Assembly (NCBI RefSeq): GCF_000143415.4
Contig: NW_003314285.1
Span: 957,370-1,021,369, forward strand
Direction: 5' to 3'
DNA from: Selaginella moellendorffii
Taxonomy: Eukaryota > Plantae > Lycopodiophyta
Length of the DNA stretch: 64,000 nucleotides
In this document: piece after piece, positions 40,658-53,782 of the stretch
Numbering within the stretch: the first letter of the stretch is position 1
Layout of the letters: every line of letters starts with the position of its first letter
Notes under the pieces: model-generated
What the model saw: only the letters and a program-made list of their open reading frames with translations
The model's database searches: none
What the model was told of the DNA's origin: nothing
Translations under genes and position numbers: made by a program

Positions 40658-41242
40658 TGTAAGCAACTAAAGGGAACAACTTGAGAAACGATCCATAGGG
40701 GTTCAAATATAGAGGCAAAGGGCCCATGAATAAGTGTGCACCCCTTTTTCCAATCGGTTAAGGGTTTTGGGATATTTGGGGTTAAATGTCCTTGGGTTTG
40801 AATAATACTGTGTTAGATGACCTCTTGGGAAGTCCAAATTCAGGAGCTTATATTTGGTATCAGAGCGGTCTTGGGTCTGACTCTGTTGGTTGGCTAAGTG
40901 AATCACACCACATGTTAATTGACATCTGGCAAGTCCAATTTGCTCCCACTGGGCTCGACCCGAGGGGTAGGGTGTCAAGAGAGTGGGGCTCTCAAGAGAG
41001 CTGCGGCTCTCAGCTTCCATTCACGAGGGCAAGGAAGTGTGGTGGATTGTAAGCAACCAAAGGGAACGATTTGAGAGACGATCCATAGGGGTTTAAATAT
41101 AGAGGGAAAGGGCCCATGAATAAGAGTGCACCCCCTTTTCCAATCGGTTAAGTGTCTTGGGATATTTGGGGTTAAGCATTCTTGGGTTTGAATGGTACTG
41201 GACTGGGTGACCTCTCGTGAAGTCCAAATTCAGAAGCTTACA
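40658..41242 (+). mobile_element. TRIM (terminal-repeat retrotransposon in miniature), 585 bp
   Basis: 195-bp LTRs 40658-40852 and 41048-41242 (TGTAAGC..GCTTACA), PBS TGGTATCAGAGC, purine-rich tract before the 3' LTR, TSD CGATG/CGGTG, no ORF. Confidence 0.92.
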
Positions 41243-42890
41243 CGGTGGCGCTGGGCACAGCGGCAACAGCACTGGGCATGGCAGTGGCGGTGCTAGGCAG
41301 TGGTGGTGTTGGGCATGGCGTGGCGTGGGTGTGGCGGTGTTGGGCAACGGCGGCCCTAGGCAGTGGTGGCACTGGGTGTGGCGTGGCGTGGCGTGAGTGC
41401 GGTGGCGTTGGGTGTGGCGTGGGAGTGGAGGAGAGGGAGTGGAGGAGTAAAAAACTTACTCTTGGTGGCATTCTATTTGACGCCGATGGATCCCGCAGTC
41501 ACTCCCAATCTCCTGCTCTAGTTTCTGTAAAACCCTAATGCCAGCAGCTGCCCTAACCCTAACCTAACTTTCATCACATCTGTTCATCCTGGATGCAGTA
41601 AATCTTCATTACATTCTACAAATATTTGCTAGCAATGTACAATTTCTATTCCATCCTAGATTTGATCACGTGACAAAGTCCTTTTGAGTTGTAATTTAAT
41701 AATGGAGGTGTCCTCTAATATGACTATGCCATAATGTGGAAATAATGACAGACACATGTGTTGAATTAATCACAGTACGAAATTATAAATGAGAATTATG
41801 TGTTTCTTGCAAGTAATAGCATCTTGTCAGAAAATATCAAATTATTAAATAATAAGGTGTTATTTCCAAAGCAATGTATATAGATAATTTACTATAGGTG
41901 ATAGATGGTAGTAAAAGATGGAATATATTTAAATGAGTTCAGAAGAATGTGATGATTTCTGGCTTTAATGAAGTATTGAAAATATGTACAATATTTAATT
42001 TGTTTGGCAACAATTGGTTGATGGTAGATCCTAGAATAAAATCATTCCTATCTTTCATATTATGGCACATGCTTGAAGTGGTATTTCTTTCCGTTTTACC
42101 AAAAGTTAATCTATATAATAAATTTGAGCATGTTTTTGAATTCAATGTATACAGACTTTTAATATTGTACAACATAGTTTTATATACTTCATATAGAATT
42201 TATTATAACAACATTATTCAATGTTAGATCCTAGAATTAAATCACCCTTTCTTTTCACATAATGCCATAGCACATATTTGAGGTGACAATTCTTTATAAA
42301 AGTTCAGAGTTCCAAAATCTAAAGGCAAAAAAATGGAGAGTTTCCTTTTGCATTAACCCACCACTTTCTTTCTCCCAAAGTCTTATTTCAAAAAGTTTTC
42401 TTTGCGAATGTTTCGATCTTTCTCTTGGTTTTATTTCATTGAAGGTTGTGATTCGCAACAACATTGGTGTAGTTGAACGATCGGAGTTTTTTCTTTCGAG
42501 TGTAAGTGAAGGTGGACAACATTGGGATTTGCAACATTCCAAATCGAAGGATATTTGAGTTTTTAGATCTCCAATCAAAGTGCGAGGCTACGATTCTACC
42601 AAAGTGAATATGAACCAAGAGTTAGTTGTCATCATTTCTTCCTCTTCTAGTTCTAGTGGAGATTTTAGTTTAGTGCGAGCCAAGAATTTCCAAACTGCAA
42701 CTTCACCGATATTTAAAGCTGTTTGTAACACTTTCCAGTTTTCCCGCCTTTCTATCAACATGCGTTCCTTTCTGCATAGGCCTGTTAGCGAGCTCCTATC
42801 TACATACAATGGCAATATCTTCTTTGAACTACCACCTCTTGTCAGTTCAAAATGAAAGGGGATGGAGACGAAGTAAGACATCCACAACTG

Positions 42891-45800
42891 TGTAAGCGAC
42901 TAAATTTTCCATTTTACTTTAGTCACTTAACTACACCTCCAACCACTTGGAGGAGTCTCACTCACAACCTCCATAAGTCCTATTTCAGATTTGGGCTTGC
43001 TAGCCCCGAGAATGGCATCCCTGCCACTCAACCTTTGCACTTGATCCAAGTGCTCCACATGTCCGATCCCATGATCGACACCCCAAGGTACCACCGACAT
43101 ATCAGCCCGTTATGCTAAAGCCATGCCCCTTTACTTTGGTCACACCGGAGGTCTAACACCACCTGCATCACAGTCCCATCTCTCAAGGACTGGGCCAATC
43201 ATTCCAGATCCACTCCTTAGCATCCTTAGGATGCCCACAGACATGGGGAATAGCCTTCCCCAATGTCCCCTTTCTAGTCTTCACCAAGTCCCTTTTTACC
43301 CATGGCCGTGTTCACCAACACTGCCACTGGATCGAGGCCCACAGGCCCGACCACTAAGTCCCACAGTCCTCTAGGACTTCCTCACCACTCAACAGAGGAC
43401 TACTCCTCTTCCTTTCCACAGTCTAGGCCTTTGGGACAACATTTCGGAACACCGTGGCCCTACGCAGGCCTCATGGGTACTCTCCCCGCCTTCTGCCTTT
43501 GGGTGCTCTAGCCATGGGCTTAGAGCGAGGTTCCGTTAAGCCACACTTGGTATCCAAGTAGGTAGTGCCACCCACACTTGGATTGGGAGCATCGGCCAGT
43601 CGATCTCCCGGGGGAACTAGAGCCGGCTCTTGAATACTTCACCAAGCTACCCCGCTTGTCGGTCCGTATTCACTCTAGTCTTGGACTTCCCAGTGGTCAG
43701 TTCATCACCCAACACTGGGTATGGCCTTCCTGGCCTTTCCTGGGCCAAACTGGCCTTTCCTGGCCAAACTGGCTCCACTAGGTTCCAACCCCCACACTCT
43801 CCCTACTATACTTTTGGAACCCCCCGCAGCCCCCCCCCCCCCCCCCCCCTGGGGGACAATCGCTTTGGGCTTTCACCCAACTGCTTGTATTAGTATTCGG
43901 ACTCGGACTCGGACTCGGTCTCGGTCCCGGATTCATACTCGGACTCGGTCTCGGTCTCGGTCTCGGCCTCGGTCCCGGTCTCGATTCCATCTCGGACTCC
44001 ATCTCGGAATCCATCTCGGGGCCATCTCGGAATCCATCTCGGGTCCATCTCGGAATCCATCTCGGACTCCACCTCGGGTCCATCTCGGAATCCATCTCGG
44101 ACTCCCCCTCGGGTCCATCTCGGAATCCATCTCGGGTCCATCTTGGAATCCATCTCGGGGCCCTCTCGGACTCCCCCTCGGACTCCATATCGGACTCCAT
44201 CTCGGACTTCATATCGGACTCCATCTCGGACTCCATATCGGACTCTACTTCGGGTCCATCTCGGACTCCATATCGGACCCCATCTCGGACTCCACTTCAG
44301 GTCCATCTCGGACTCCAACTCGGGTCCGCCTCGGACTCCATCTCGAACACTTCCACGTGTCATGTGTTGGTCCTTTTTGGGTCCCTTTTTGGAGCCTTGC
44401 TTATTAGTTGCCTTGTGCTTGCTCCTCAAGCACTTTGTTGGGAGTTCCACTCCTGCTCTCGACCTTCCAAGTCGAAGCTTTTAGTCCAAACGTGTTATGC
44501 TCGTTTGGCTTTCGCTTCGGCCACTACCACATGGCACCCTTTCCGGCTCCACTTTGGGGCCTTGGGATTTTGTGTCTCACAACTCCACCACCCATAGACA
44601 AAGTTCGATGTCCTCATCGAACGATAAACGATTTTACAAAGTAACACCCGCATGTGTTACCATTTCCATCCTTGGCACCTAGCCAATATTTGTCAATAGT
44701 TTGACATTGAAGGCTCACCATGCCTTCTCCATATTCGTCAATGGTTTGACACCAAAAGCTCACTATGCCTTGCCCATCCTCTAAGGAGCATAGTCTTTCC
44801 AACATAGAGACTTATTCGACCACCTGGGGTGGTTTGCTCCCTTTTATTGGTTCAGTTCTCACTAAACCCATTAGAGACATCTTCTTTAACTCAATTCCCA
44901 CTACTCATTCTCGAGTGGTCTCAGTTCCCATCGATATAACCTTTGCACTTTGGAACTTTGAATTTTGACTTCTTGGAGTTAATTTCCTAGGTGTCTCCGA
45001 CACCTTGCCTTGCACCTTTTGTGCAACTCCACTTCCCATCCTAGGAAGTTCTCTACTCGAGGGCACCATCATCCTTTTTTCTATTTCGTGCCACCCTGGG
45101 GCACTAAGTTCCAGTTATCATACTTTGTGCTAGGGCTGTTCATGGCCCTATCATTTGGCTACCTTACCGCTCCCTGCCTTGGAGCTTCCCCTTTCGCCAA
45201 ATCGGAGCAATTCGGAATCCATCCTTGGAAACACACTTCCTTTCCCGCAATTTGTTAGCGTCCAATATATTAGTGTTCCTCGCTTAACTTTGCCACTTGG
45301 ATTCCTTCCAAGGGATTCCACATCCCTATCTTGGCCACTCATCTTTTGCTCCTATCCGTTGATTGTTGCACTAAGCAACACCGAATCTCTACCTCCCTCC
45401 TTAAGGTATTCTTTTGATTCCATAGCAAAGGCTCTACTTTGCCAAGACTAAGGTGTTCACCCCTAGTAAGACTTTTTAGCATCTTCTACTGTGGGCTCTA
45501 TTCACGGCCCAACTTTGCGACCCTTCCATAGGTCTCTTTAGAGATTGCTTTCCTTGGACACACTATGCCATCGCAATGACATAGCTCATTTCCCTAAGGT
45601 GCTTTTCCCACTTGGTCACCTTGACCAAGCCACACCATCATCAATAATTCAAATCAACACTTTGAACTAGGAACCTTATTCCTTAGCCCAAACAAGGACC
45701 TTGTCCTTATTTAGCCACAAGATCACCTAGTGATCTCACCTCGACACCTTAACAGGTTTGCCAATAGATACTAGGTCTTCCAGACCTTTAACTTGTTAAC

Positions 45801-46144
45801 TACGACCCCGGGGGCATCCCCCACACTTGGCGGTGTGCCCAAGCCAACCCTTCTGGCCAAGGGTCCATAGCAACTGAGACTGGGTGTCCCCATCTCATTC
45901 ACCACGTCCTTGGTGCCACTGGCACCAAAGTGTTCAAGTTAGATATGCTGAGCCACACTAAGCAATCTAACCGTGCATCACGACTCCAGGGCATCCCCCG
46001 CTTGGTGGTGTGCCCAAGCCAATCTCCTCATTGAGAGTCCATGACCACCAAAATATGAGTGTCCTCATATTCCAAACCATCACCACGCCCTAGTGATTTG
46101 GGACTCGAACCCAAGCACTAGAGGGTCGGGACTCGAACCCAACC
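42891..46144 (-). mobile_element. 3' LTR (42891-44581) and non-coding 3' region of a minus-strand gypsy element
   Basis: Minus strand: GAGGAC-loop hairpin, PPT GGGTGGTGGAG (44583-44593), LTR TGTGAG..CTTACA; shares a ~90-bp block with the chromovirus LTR. Confidence 0.75.
43897..44347. repeat. Minisatellite inside the LTR: (TCGGWC)n, then ~12-bp TCCATCTCGG(AC/GG/AA) units
   Basis: Directly visible tandem array. Confidence 0.9.
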
Positions 46145-46586
46145 AAGCTCTATTTCGTTAAAGTGGGAATTGTCATTATCCCACTTGTAAAATAAGGTTT
46201 CCAAACCTTTATATAGTATATAAATATAACAAAATTCAACTGCATTGAGGCACATGCCATTTTATTTTAAACAAGGAAATGTCTACTCAATCACTTCTCC
46301 TCCCCCTGCCACTGCTTCACCTCTCTCTTCTCCTTGTCATCGTCGTCCAATTTCTTTCCATCCTTTTAATATTGGCTCAGTTGCTCCGAGTCTAGGTGGA
46401 GCCCAAGTCCCCATTCAATCTTTACTTTCCCCTTATTAATAAAACAACTTCGTAGACTTCTAATAACATGCTGTAACACTTCTAGTATAATGCAAATCCT
46501 CTCAAAGAATTGTCTTTTAATATTAATACAATGGCATGGAACCCCATGCCATAATAAGTTACATTTTTAAATAAATACATGCCATC

Positions 46587-49500
46587 TCAGACTGTTATTT
46601 TTTGCCTCCAACGCCTATACAATAATCTTGGAATTTCATCACTCTCCACACTATCAGGATTTAAACCCAATAGTAATGCCATCTCTTCTCTAATACGTCC
46701 ACGCTCATGTTCAGTGGTCGAAGAACCCATCCAGTTGAGCAGATTATGGAGATGCGGATAGTGCTTGGCTAGACAATATACATGCCATAAATGATGACTG
46801 GTGTCTGTCCGATCAAATGGCTTCTGATATACCGTTCCATCTGCCATTTGGTTGATTTCTGCAGCCACCTCCTGGATTGGCCAGTTCTCTATCACCATCG
46901 CTCCAAGCCGTTTTGCAAGGTCCCCTAGAACATACAGTTTCTTCTCCCTAGTTTCCATACTGCAAGAGATGGGGTGCACTGCATATGTGTGCGTGTTCGC
47001 TGCAGTTTTAATCGGCGAGTCATCGATGATGAGGATTTCACTTGACCTAGCAGTCCAGTTCATCACTACAGCCTCTGGCTTGACGAAGATGGGCTTGCTA
47101 CCCCTCACATGGACCATAGTCAAGCAATCCTCCTGCGTTAGGAGAAAGTCAAATGGTAATATTACTCGCGTCTGATCGTGCATCATCTGTAGCAACGTTA
47201 ATGCATTGTGGCGCATCATGGATGTCCAAACTCCCAATTGCAAATTGAACCTGGCCCTCTGTTTTAAGTGTCGTATGGTCATTATTAGATCCCGCAGTTT
47301 CTCCCGTGTGATTAATGTGAATCTATCTCTTTTGACCAACTTGCGACCGCAGGTTTTGAAGGGTGCAGTGACATTCGAGGACGAGCCACGCTCATGGGAG
47401 AAAAGGATACCGTTCAGATCAAAAACGATACAGTACCTTCGCCATGACTCTGGAATGAAATGCGTCAGCATAAAAAATGGTACAAGTCAATTTTACCATC
47501 TACAATATTAGCGAATGGTGCTCCCGATGGTCGTTGAGAGGGTTTTGGTCGAGGAAACGTGAAGGGCGGAAATACTCTCCTCTGCAATGTGGGGTCAATC
47601 GCATCCGATGGCGTGTGGGCACATGCCATTTCAGCTGTAGACTCTGGTACAACTGACTCAACAGTGGCATGGGGTGGTTCCGATGGCGTGTGATCACACG
47701 CCATTTCAGCTGGTGCCTCCGTTGGCAAAGTGGACATGACTGAACAGGCAGTAGGGGCGGTGTAGGGAGGTTCCAATGGCGCGTAGTCAGACGATTGGGC
47801 ACACGTTGAGTCCATTGGAAATGAGGATACGACCGGCTCGGCGGCTGGGGCGGCCTCATGTGGGTCCAATGGCGCCTGGTCACCGTCAGTTGGATACGTG
47901 GACAAGATTGACTCAGTGGTATGGGCAGCATCAAGTGGAGCGTGGTCAGCTTGCTTGGCGTTGATATGGATAGTAGCCTCCACCAGTTCTGATGACTCTT
48001 GCAGGCAAGTAGAGTCCACTGGTGGATCCATATGCATGTCCAAATATCTCCCTTCGATTGAGATGGTATCCTCCCGTGCCACTAAAAACAAACTCATTAG
48101 CACATTGAATCGACTATATTGTATTTACCATCAACTGCTATTGAGGAACTAGGACCGATATCACTTGGGCGCACTGCTGATTCTGAAGGATTGGACATAC
48201 GTTTCGACCCTTGCTTGGCACTATCCTTCCTCGACACTAAAGGCTAGAGTTTGTAAATTCAACTGAATAATCTCTACTTACCATTTGCTCTGTGACCTAC
48301 ATGGACAATGTTAGAAATGGTAAAAGGTTAGGAATGGATGTACTATTATTTACCTGATGGTTTGTCTTGTATGACCTTCCTCCGCTGCTTTTTGGCCACC
48401 TCAGGCTAGCCATCGTCGTCATCATCGTCGTCGTTGTTATTGTGATCATCACCATTGTGAGGACCATCCAAGTCCTCTTCGTCCTCCTCTTCTTCGTCCT
48501 CCTCTTCTTTGTCCTCCTCTTCGTCCTTCTGCTCTTCCTGCTCATTATCTTTCTTTGGCTCCTCATCCCCCTCCTGCATTTCTTCCATAGGCTGCTCAGG
48601 CTGGATGGCTTGTTCTTCCAGGACCATCTTGGGAAAATCATCTGGCCGAGTCTCCATCTCAAAATACAAGACATCCATAGCTTGTTTTAGTGCGTGACCT
48701 AGGACCGTATCCTCACCCGACTGTCTTAACATGGTTTATGCACATTCTTGCACCCTTCGAAGACAACGAGATGAGAAAAACGTGGCCCTGACTTGAAAAG
48801 CATCCCTCATCCATTGTACCTCTCCATTGAGATTGGGGAAGGGGAGTCCGCCATAGGAATTTGAGTCAGGAGGTGGTGACTGGCTGCTTTCGCACACACG
48901 CCATAACCGCGAGGTATTACCTATCATCTTTTCGTTGCCCTTCTTCCTTTTTGAATCAAACGCCTCTGATCCCGACGACTGTCCAACGTGCTTTCGCTTT
49001 TTATGACCACTGTCAGTTTGAGCTTGGCTGGTGCTTGCCTGTTTTGCCTTTGAAGAAGTGTCTCCTGCAAGGAATGGCATGAGACCACACGCCATTGCAA
49101 ATATAATTTGTACCTCTTTTTTTCCTATTGCTTGTCTGTTTGTCCTTCTTCGACGCGCCACCAGTGCGCTTTTCAGTCCTCGTGTCTGAATATTCACAAC
49201 GATCTATAATCAAAATGGCGTGAGGCCTCACGTGACCTTACCTTGTGCAGGTTGTGAGCTCAGCCCAACAGTAGCTGTTAACGCTGTTTCAGCATCTGGG
49301 GGTGGCCACGCTCCTGCATACAGAGCTTGTGAGATAACATTTAAACTTAAAGTGCGTACTCACTAGGTTCGCAGAGAAGATACTGTTTTTCTTTGGCAAC
49401 TGTAATTATATGCTCCATTGAAGTCACCTCTTCAATGGAGTTTGTCACCGCAACACACGGGACACCCTTGAGTAGTGCGGCTCGAAAGAATAGTCTGCCG

Positions 49501-52244
49501 CAGTTGTACTCAACAACGTATTTGCCCTTGGAGTCGGAAGCAGGTGACCCACCCACTATTGCGTTGAAGACCCAGCTGAGCATTTCTCATGCTGCACCTG
49601 GAGCTTTCTCTGGATTTGAAAGCTCCATAGCCGTCTTCAGTTCCTCAGGCACGGGTAAATTGACCTCCCTCAGATCAATTCGATCGGCCTTGTCGAATGA
49701 AGCTGGGAAGTCACTCCAGTCCCACTCTGCTGCAGGACCAATAACAAGGGCGAGTGTAAAGATGCGGACATTCGTCGGTATCTTCTTCTTAGCCATTATC
49801 CCATGGATCTCCTGCATCTCCTTGCCTTTCAACCGAGCCTTCACCTCGTTCAAGGCCTTCCAGAACTTGTGATAGGATTTGGAGTCGTAGATCATATAGT
49901 GGACTGAAGATTCCACCTCCGCAAGTCCCACCATTAAGTCAATGATGGAGCTGACTTCGTCTGCATGAGTGATCTCCTCGTTTGTGAAGTCCATCACACA
50001 AAAGATGTTCTTGACCTGCTCATCTCCGCGGGAAACGATGCTCCTCCACCTTTGATCCTCATCCGAATTCACATATACCCGGTAAGGTTCTCGATAGGCC
50101 TCTGCTGCGGGGTCGAGCTGTTTCTGAAGCCGGCGGTCGACATCCCTTTTAATGAAATTTGGATACTGATCCAACTTCTCAGCTTTACTTTTCGTGGCAT
50201 CTCGCAGCAGATCGATGAACTTGGGGGCCCCCTTCACGTACTCGTTGATGTCTTCATTTGACAACTCCAGCTCTTCCATCATCTCTTGCGTGGTGTCGAT
50301 GCTCACCCTCTCCACGGCCACTTGCTCGAAGATCCAATCCTTCAATAGCGCACGAGCTCTCAGAGTCGTGCACAAGTCCTCATATGTCACAATATGGCCG
50401 GGAGTCATTTTGGTCTTATTGAAGACTACCTCACCACATAGAAGAGCATTAGCCACTGTCAGAAGGTCGTCGTCGTCTAGAGACCGCGAGAAACGCAAAG
50501 CATTGAGCTTCAAATCATTGGGCTTCCGGCCGTCCTCCACACCCATTGAGTTTAGCAACTCCCCATCATGGTACCTCCTCAGCACATCTACCCATTTGTC
50601 AAAAACAACTTTTGTCGCGAGTAGAATGTTATGGATGCTGAGTGTGTCATTGACCCCCAGTGTTTCGAGAGAAGACTCGAGAATTCCTGCAATGGAAATG
50701 GCGTGAGGCCACATGCTATGCCACATGCAACGAGGCTTACCTACCAGGCGCTAGTTGCTAGTGCACGTCCTTGTCCTGGTTTTTGTGGCTTCTTCAGTTG
50801 AACCTAGAGCTTCCGTGTTCGTGCCAATGTCTCGTGCAGACCTGATTTGTAGCACGTTTCTTGCTTGACATTCTACGCGTGGGAGATGGATATGATAGAT
50901 CGGAGGGGCGAGTTGCCTTTTATCAGGCGGACAACTCTTGTCTTGAAGACTTTCTTCACCTCCTCGCCCACCATAATATCCACAACTATCTCTTGCATCG
51001 CCAAGCTATAATGCTGCCCAGAGACGGCATAGAACCGGATGTTCTAATTGTCCAACACCTTCCTATTGATCAAGTCTGGAAACCTCGTCTTGCCCTTCAT
51101 TGTTCGATAGTAGGGGATCACGTCTGCGATGTCGGGTGTTACTGGACTTGCCAGCATCTTCTGCTTCAGTTTCTCTACCCACTCATCAGATACTAGCCTG
51201 TGGTTGTATTTGCTTTGGATGTCGATACGGCTCACGTCGATTGTATATACTTTGTTGGAATAGTACCAAGTACTATTATCTGTGATGATTTTTGCTGCCT
51301 CTTCTTGCTCTTTCTGCTCTTTGCGGCTCTTCTTTTTGGTGGGTGTAGTGTTCGAACCCGAGGCAATGGCATCACCGAGTAACTTCTTTTTTTGGAGCAA
51401 GAGAGTCGGACGTCAGCTTGAGCTTGACCACCTTTTTCTGCTTCGGGGTAGTTTCCAGATCGACCCCCTTCCCCTTCGCTTCGCGAACTGGAGGCACTCT
51501 CAACGGCTCAATGTTGGAATATAGTTTTTGAACATCGCCGTAGGTGAGGTCCGTGGATTCCATGTGATCTTCATAGACCCGCAGCGTCTTTGAAATTGTG
51601 GGCCTCCTGGACAACCTCTCCCTAGCTCCCTCTAGGAATTCCTCATAGCCGCTGCCCCCCTCCGGGAAGCTGCTAGGATGTGCAAGGTGGATCTTGAAGG
51701 CAGACGCTGTCTCTACCACAAGTGCCAGTCCATATTCTTGCATGGAACTGCATGGAGTGTCTGTCACTTGGATGAGGATCCCCATGCATTCTTTTCTCCC
51801 ACCATCTGTGTTGTACAGCCTCAGATCCTCGCCTTCCATCCCGAAAGTCCAACTGGTGAGCTCCTCCCCCTTCTCTGCATCCACATTGACAGTGGCTGGA
51901 AGAAGAACGCAATTCCTCGCCTGTTCAAAAATGCACAACAATTAGAGCTGACAGATGAAAAGCTAGCAGCTGGAAATAACGTGAGGCCACACGCCATTCA
52001 CCACTGCATCAGATGTCTTGAGGCTGCATCCTAAGATGGCGTGAGGCTACACGCCATCTGTAACCGGACTGCACTCGAGAGCCCAATCGGTGCATGCCAA
52101 TGTTGCTACTGAATGGCATGTGGCCTCATGCCATTTTCTACTTGGCCTAAAAGACTTACCATTTGAAGCCGAATGGAGGCGTGACAATCGAGGCCAGACT
52201 CGCTGGCGAATGTGCACTGTGTGTGCAGCGGATCGTAGCAGCAA
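46587..52244 (-). pseudogene. Multi-exon accessory gene: ParB/Srx-like, degenerate MTase-like fold, acidic linker, FCP1/NIF-like HAD phosphatase
   Basis: RLVSDEWVEKLKQKM..IADVIP..FYAVSGQH; GKYVVEYNCG..RAALLKGVPCVAV; IVFDLNGIL, GVWTS, IIDDSPIK; phase-1 GT-AG junctions join the exons in frame; several in-frame stops and one frameshift (~51400); 5' end uncertain. Confidence 0.7.
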
Positions 52245-53755
52245 GGCTACTCTGCCACTTACAGTTGGAGAGTGGCGCTAAAATCTCCCGGGACGCCAAG
52301 TGGGCTGCGTGTGGGTGGCGGAGTGGGCGGCGGAGTTGGCGGCGAAGTTACAAACTGGGTGTGTCTTGAAGTGGACGCCGATGCACACGAGCGCGATGCG
52401 AGCGCGAGTGTGATGCAAGAGCGAGTGGACGCCGATGCACACGAGAAACCTGTAGAGAAGGTAGATGAGCGCGAATGTGAGCGTGATCGCGAGTGGGAGC
52501 GTGATGCGAGCGCGAGTGTGATGCGAGCGCGAGCACGAGTACGAAGCAAAATGCAAAACCTAACCTCACACGTGCGAAATGTCACGACGGTTGGTAATCC
52601 CGCCACGTCATCATTCCTCGGACTTGGGCGCCACTATTAATTTCTGGATTGCCGCGCGCATGCAAGCACGCAAAATCCAAAAGAAATCCGCAACGTCATC
52701 ATTCCTCGGACTGCATGCACGCGAAATCCAAAAGAAAGATCATGATTGGGATATCATTTAATACCCTCGCTATATTTATACCATGCATGATTGGATATTC
52801 CAAAGCATCTTGTATTTCCAAAAATGGCAGATGTTCAGCTAAATAAAGAAATTCTATCTGTTTCTATTTTTCTCTCAAATCAATATTATAGCGTGTGGGC
52901 TCATGCAATTTTGAACCAAAGAAACCCAAAAAACGTTGGACCCAAAATATTTTGAAAAAACCCAAAAAACCCTAAACATTCTAAACCCAAAAGTCCAGGC
53001 GTCCTGTGGCGTTATTCCTTGAATGGCATGTGGGCGCATGCCATTTTCAGGGCCAAATGCTGAATGGAGAAAAATTCCCTTTCAGTGCAAATGCTGCAAG
53101 AGGCAGATGCCGAGCACAAAGGACTGTAACTACCTCACATGACACAGATAAACTTTTCTCTATTTGGCAAAGATAAACTTTATAGCGTGTGGGCTCATGC
53201 AATTTTGAACCCAAAAAATGCACCAAAAAATTCTCGGCGTCATTTGGCGTTATCTCTTGAATGGCGTGGGGCCGTATGCCATTTTCAAGGGCACATAGGA
53301 GTATATTCCTAGGATATCCTGACATGTGTGAGATTTTTTTGAGTTTTCTGGAGATCCAACTGTTAGATCGCAACTAGATTTTACAGAATGGTATACAATG
53401 CCCTTCTTGATGACCCTGCAGAGAAGCATCTCGATCGGACACCACATGAGACCACACGAGCCTTACAATATTTCAGGGGCATTTTCCATAGATCCGACCG
53501 TTATTTTGCTCCAAGATTTTACAGTTTGGTGTGCATTGACCTTTCCATTGACACTGCAAAGGGACACCACAATCAGATGTGGGATCACAAGACACCAACT
53601 TCACTAACTTTGGTTTCACCAAGATCTACGTAAGGAGTTATGAAATGAAAGGACCCTCTCTATTGAAATGTGTTTATGGTCCTAGGGGCATTGTGACATA
53701 TCAAAGGATTTTGCATCAAGTTCTGTATTTGCATGTTTATCAAGCTACTGAATTG

Positions 53756-53782
53756 CTAAACCCTAAACCCTAAACCCTAAAC
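53756..53782 (+). repeat. Interstitial plant telomere repeat / telo-boxes (CCCTAAA)x3-4
   Basis: CTAAACCCTAAACCCTAAACCCTAAAC. Confidence 0.85.

Larger units (their letters stand above)
20598..42890. mobile_element. MULE copy 2 (segments 20598-22776 and 37290-42890), split by LTR elements and cut at 42890
   Basis: Direct collinear similarity to 8333-10560 and 11190-16690; FELPP GCM-like segment at 42800-42850. Confidence 0.75.

Noticed and set aside
40658-41242. Cassandra (5S rRNA-bearing) TRIM
   Set aside because: No recognisable 5S rRNA segment in the LTRs
43721-44484. Arg/Ser-rich and other repetitive ORFs on both strands
   Set aside because: Artefacts of the stop-free minisatellite inside an LTR
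46098-46144. tRNA gene or SINE
   Set aside because: Only T-arm hairpins; no D-arm, anticodon arm or A-box
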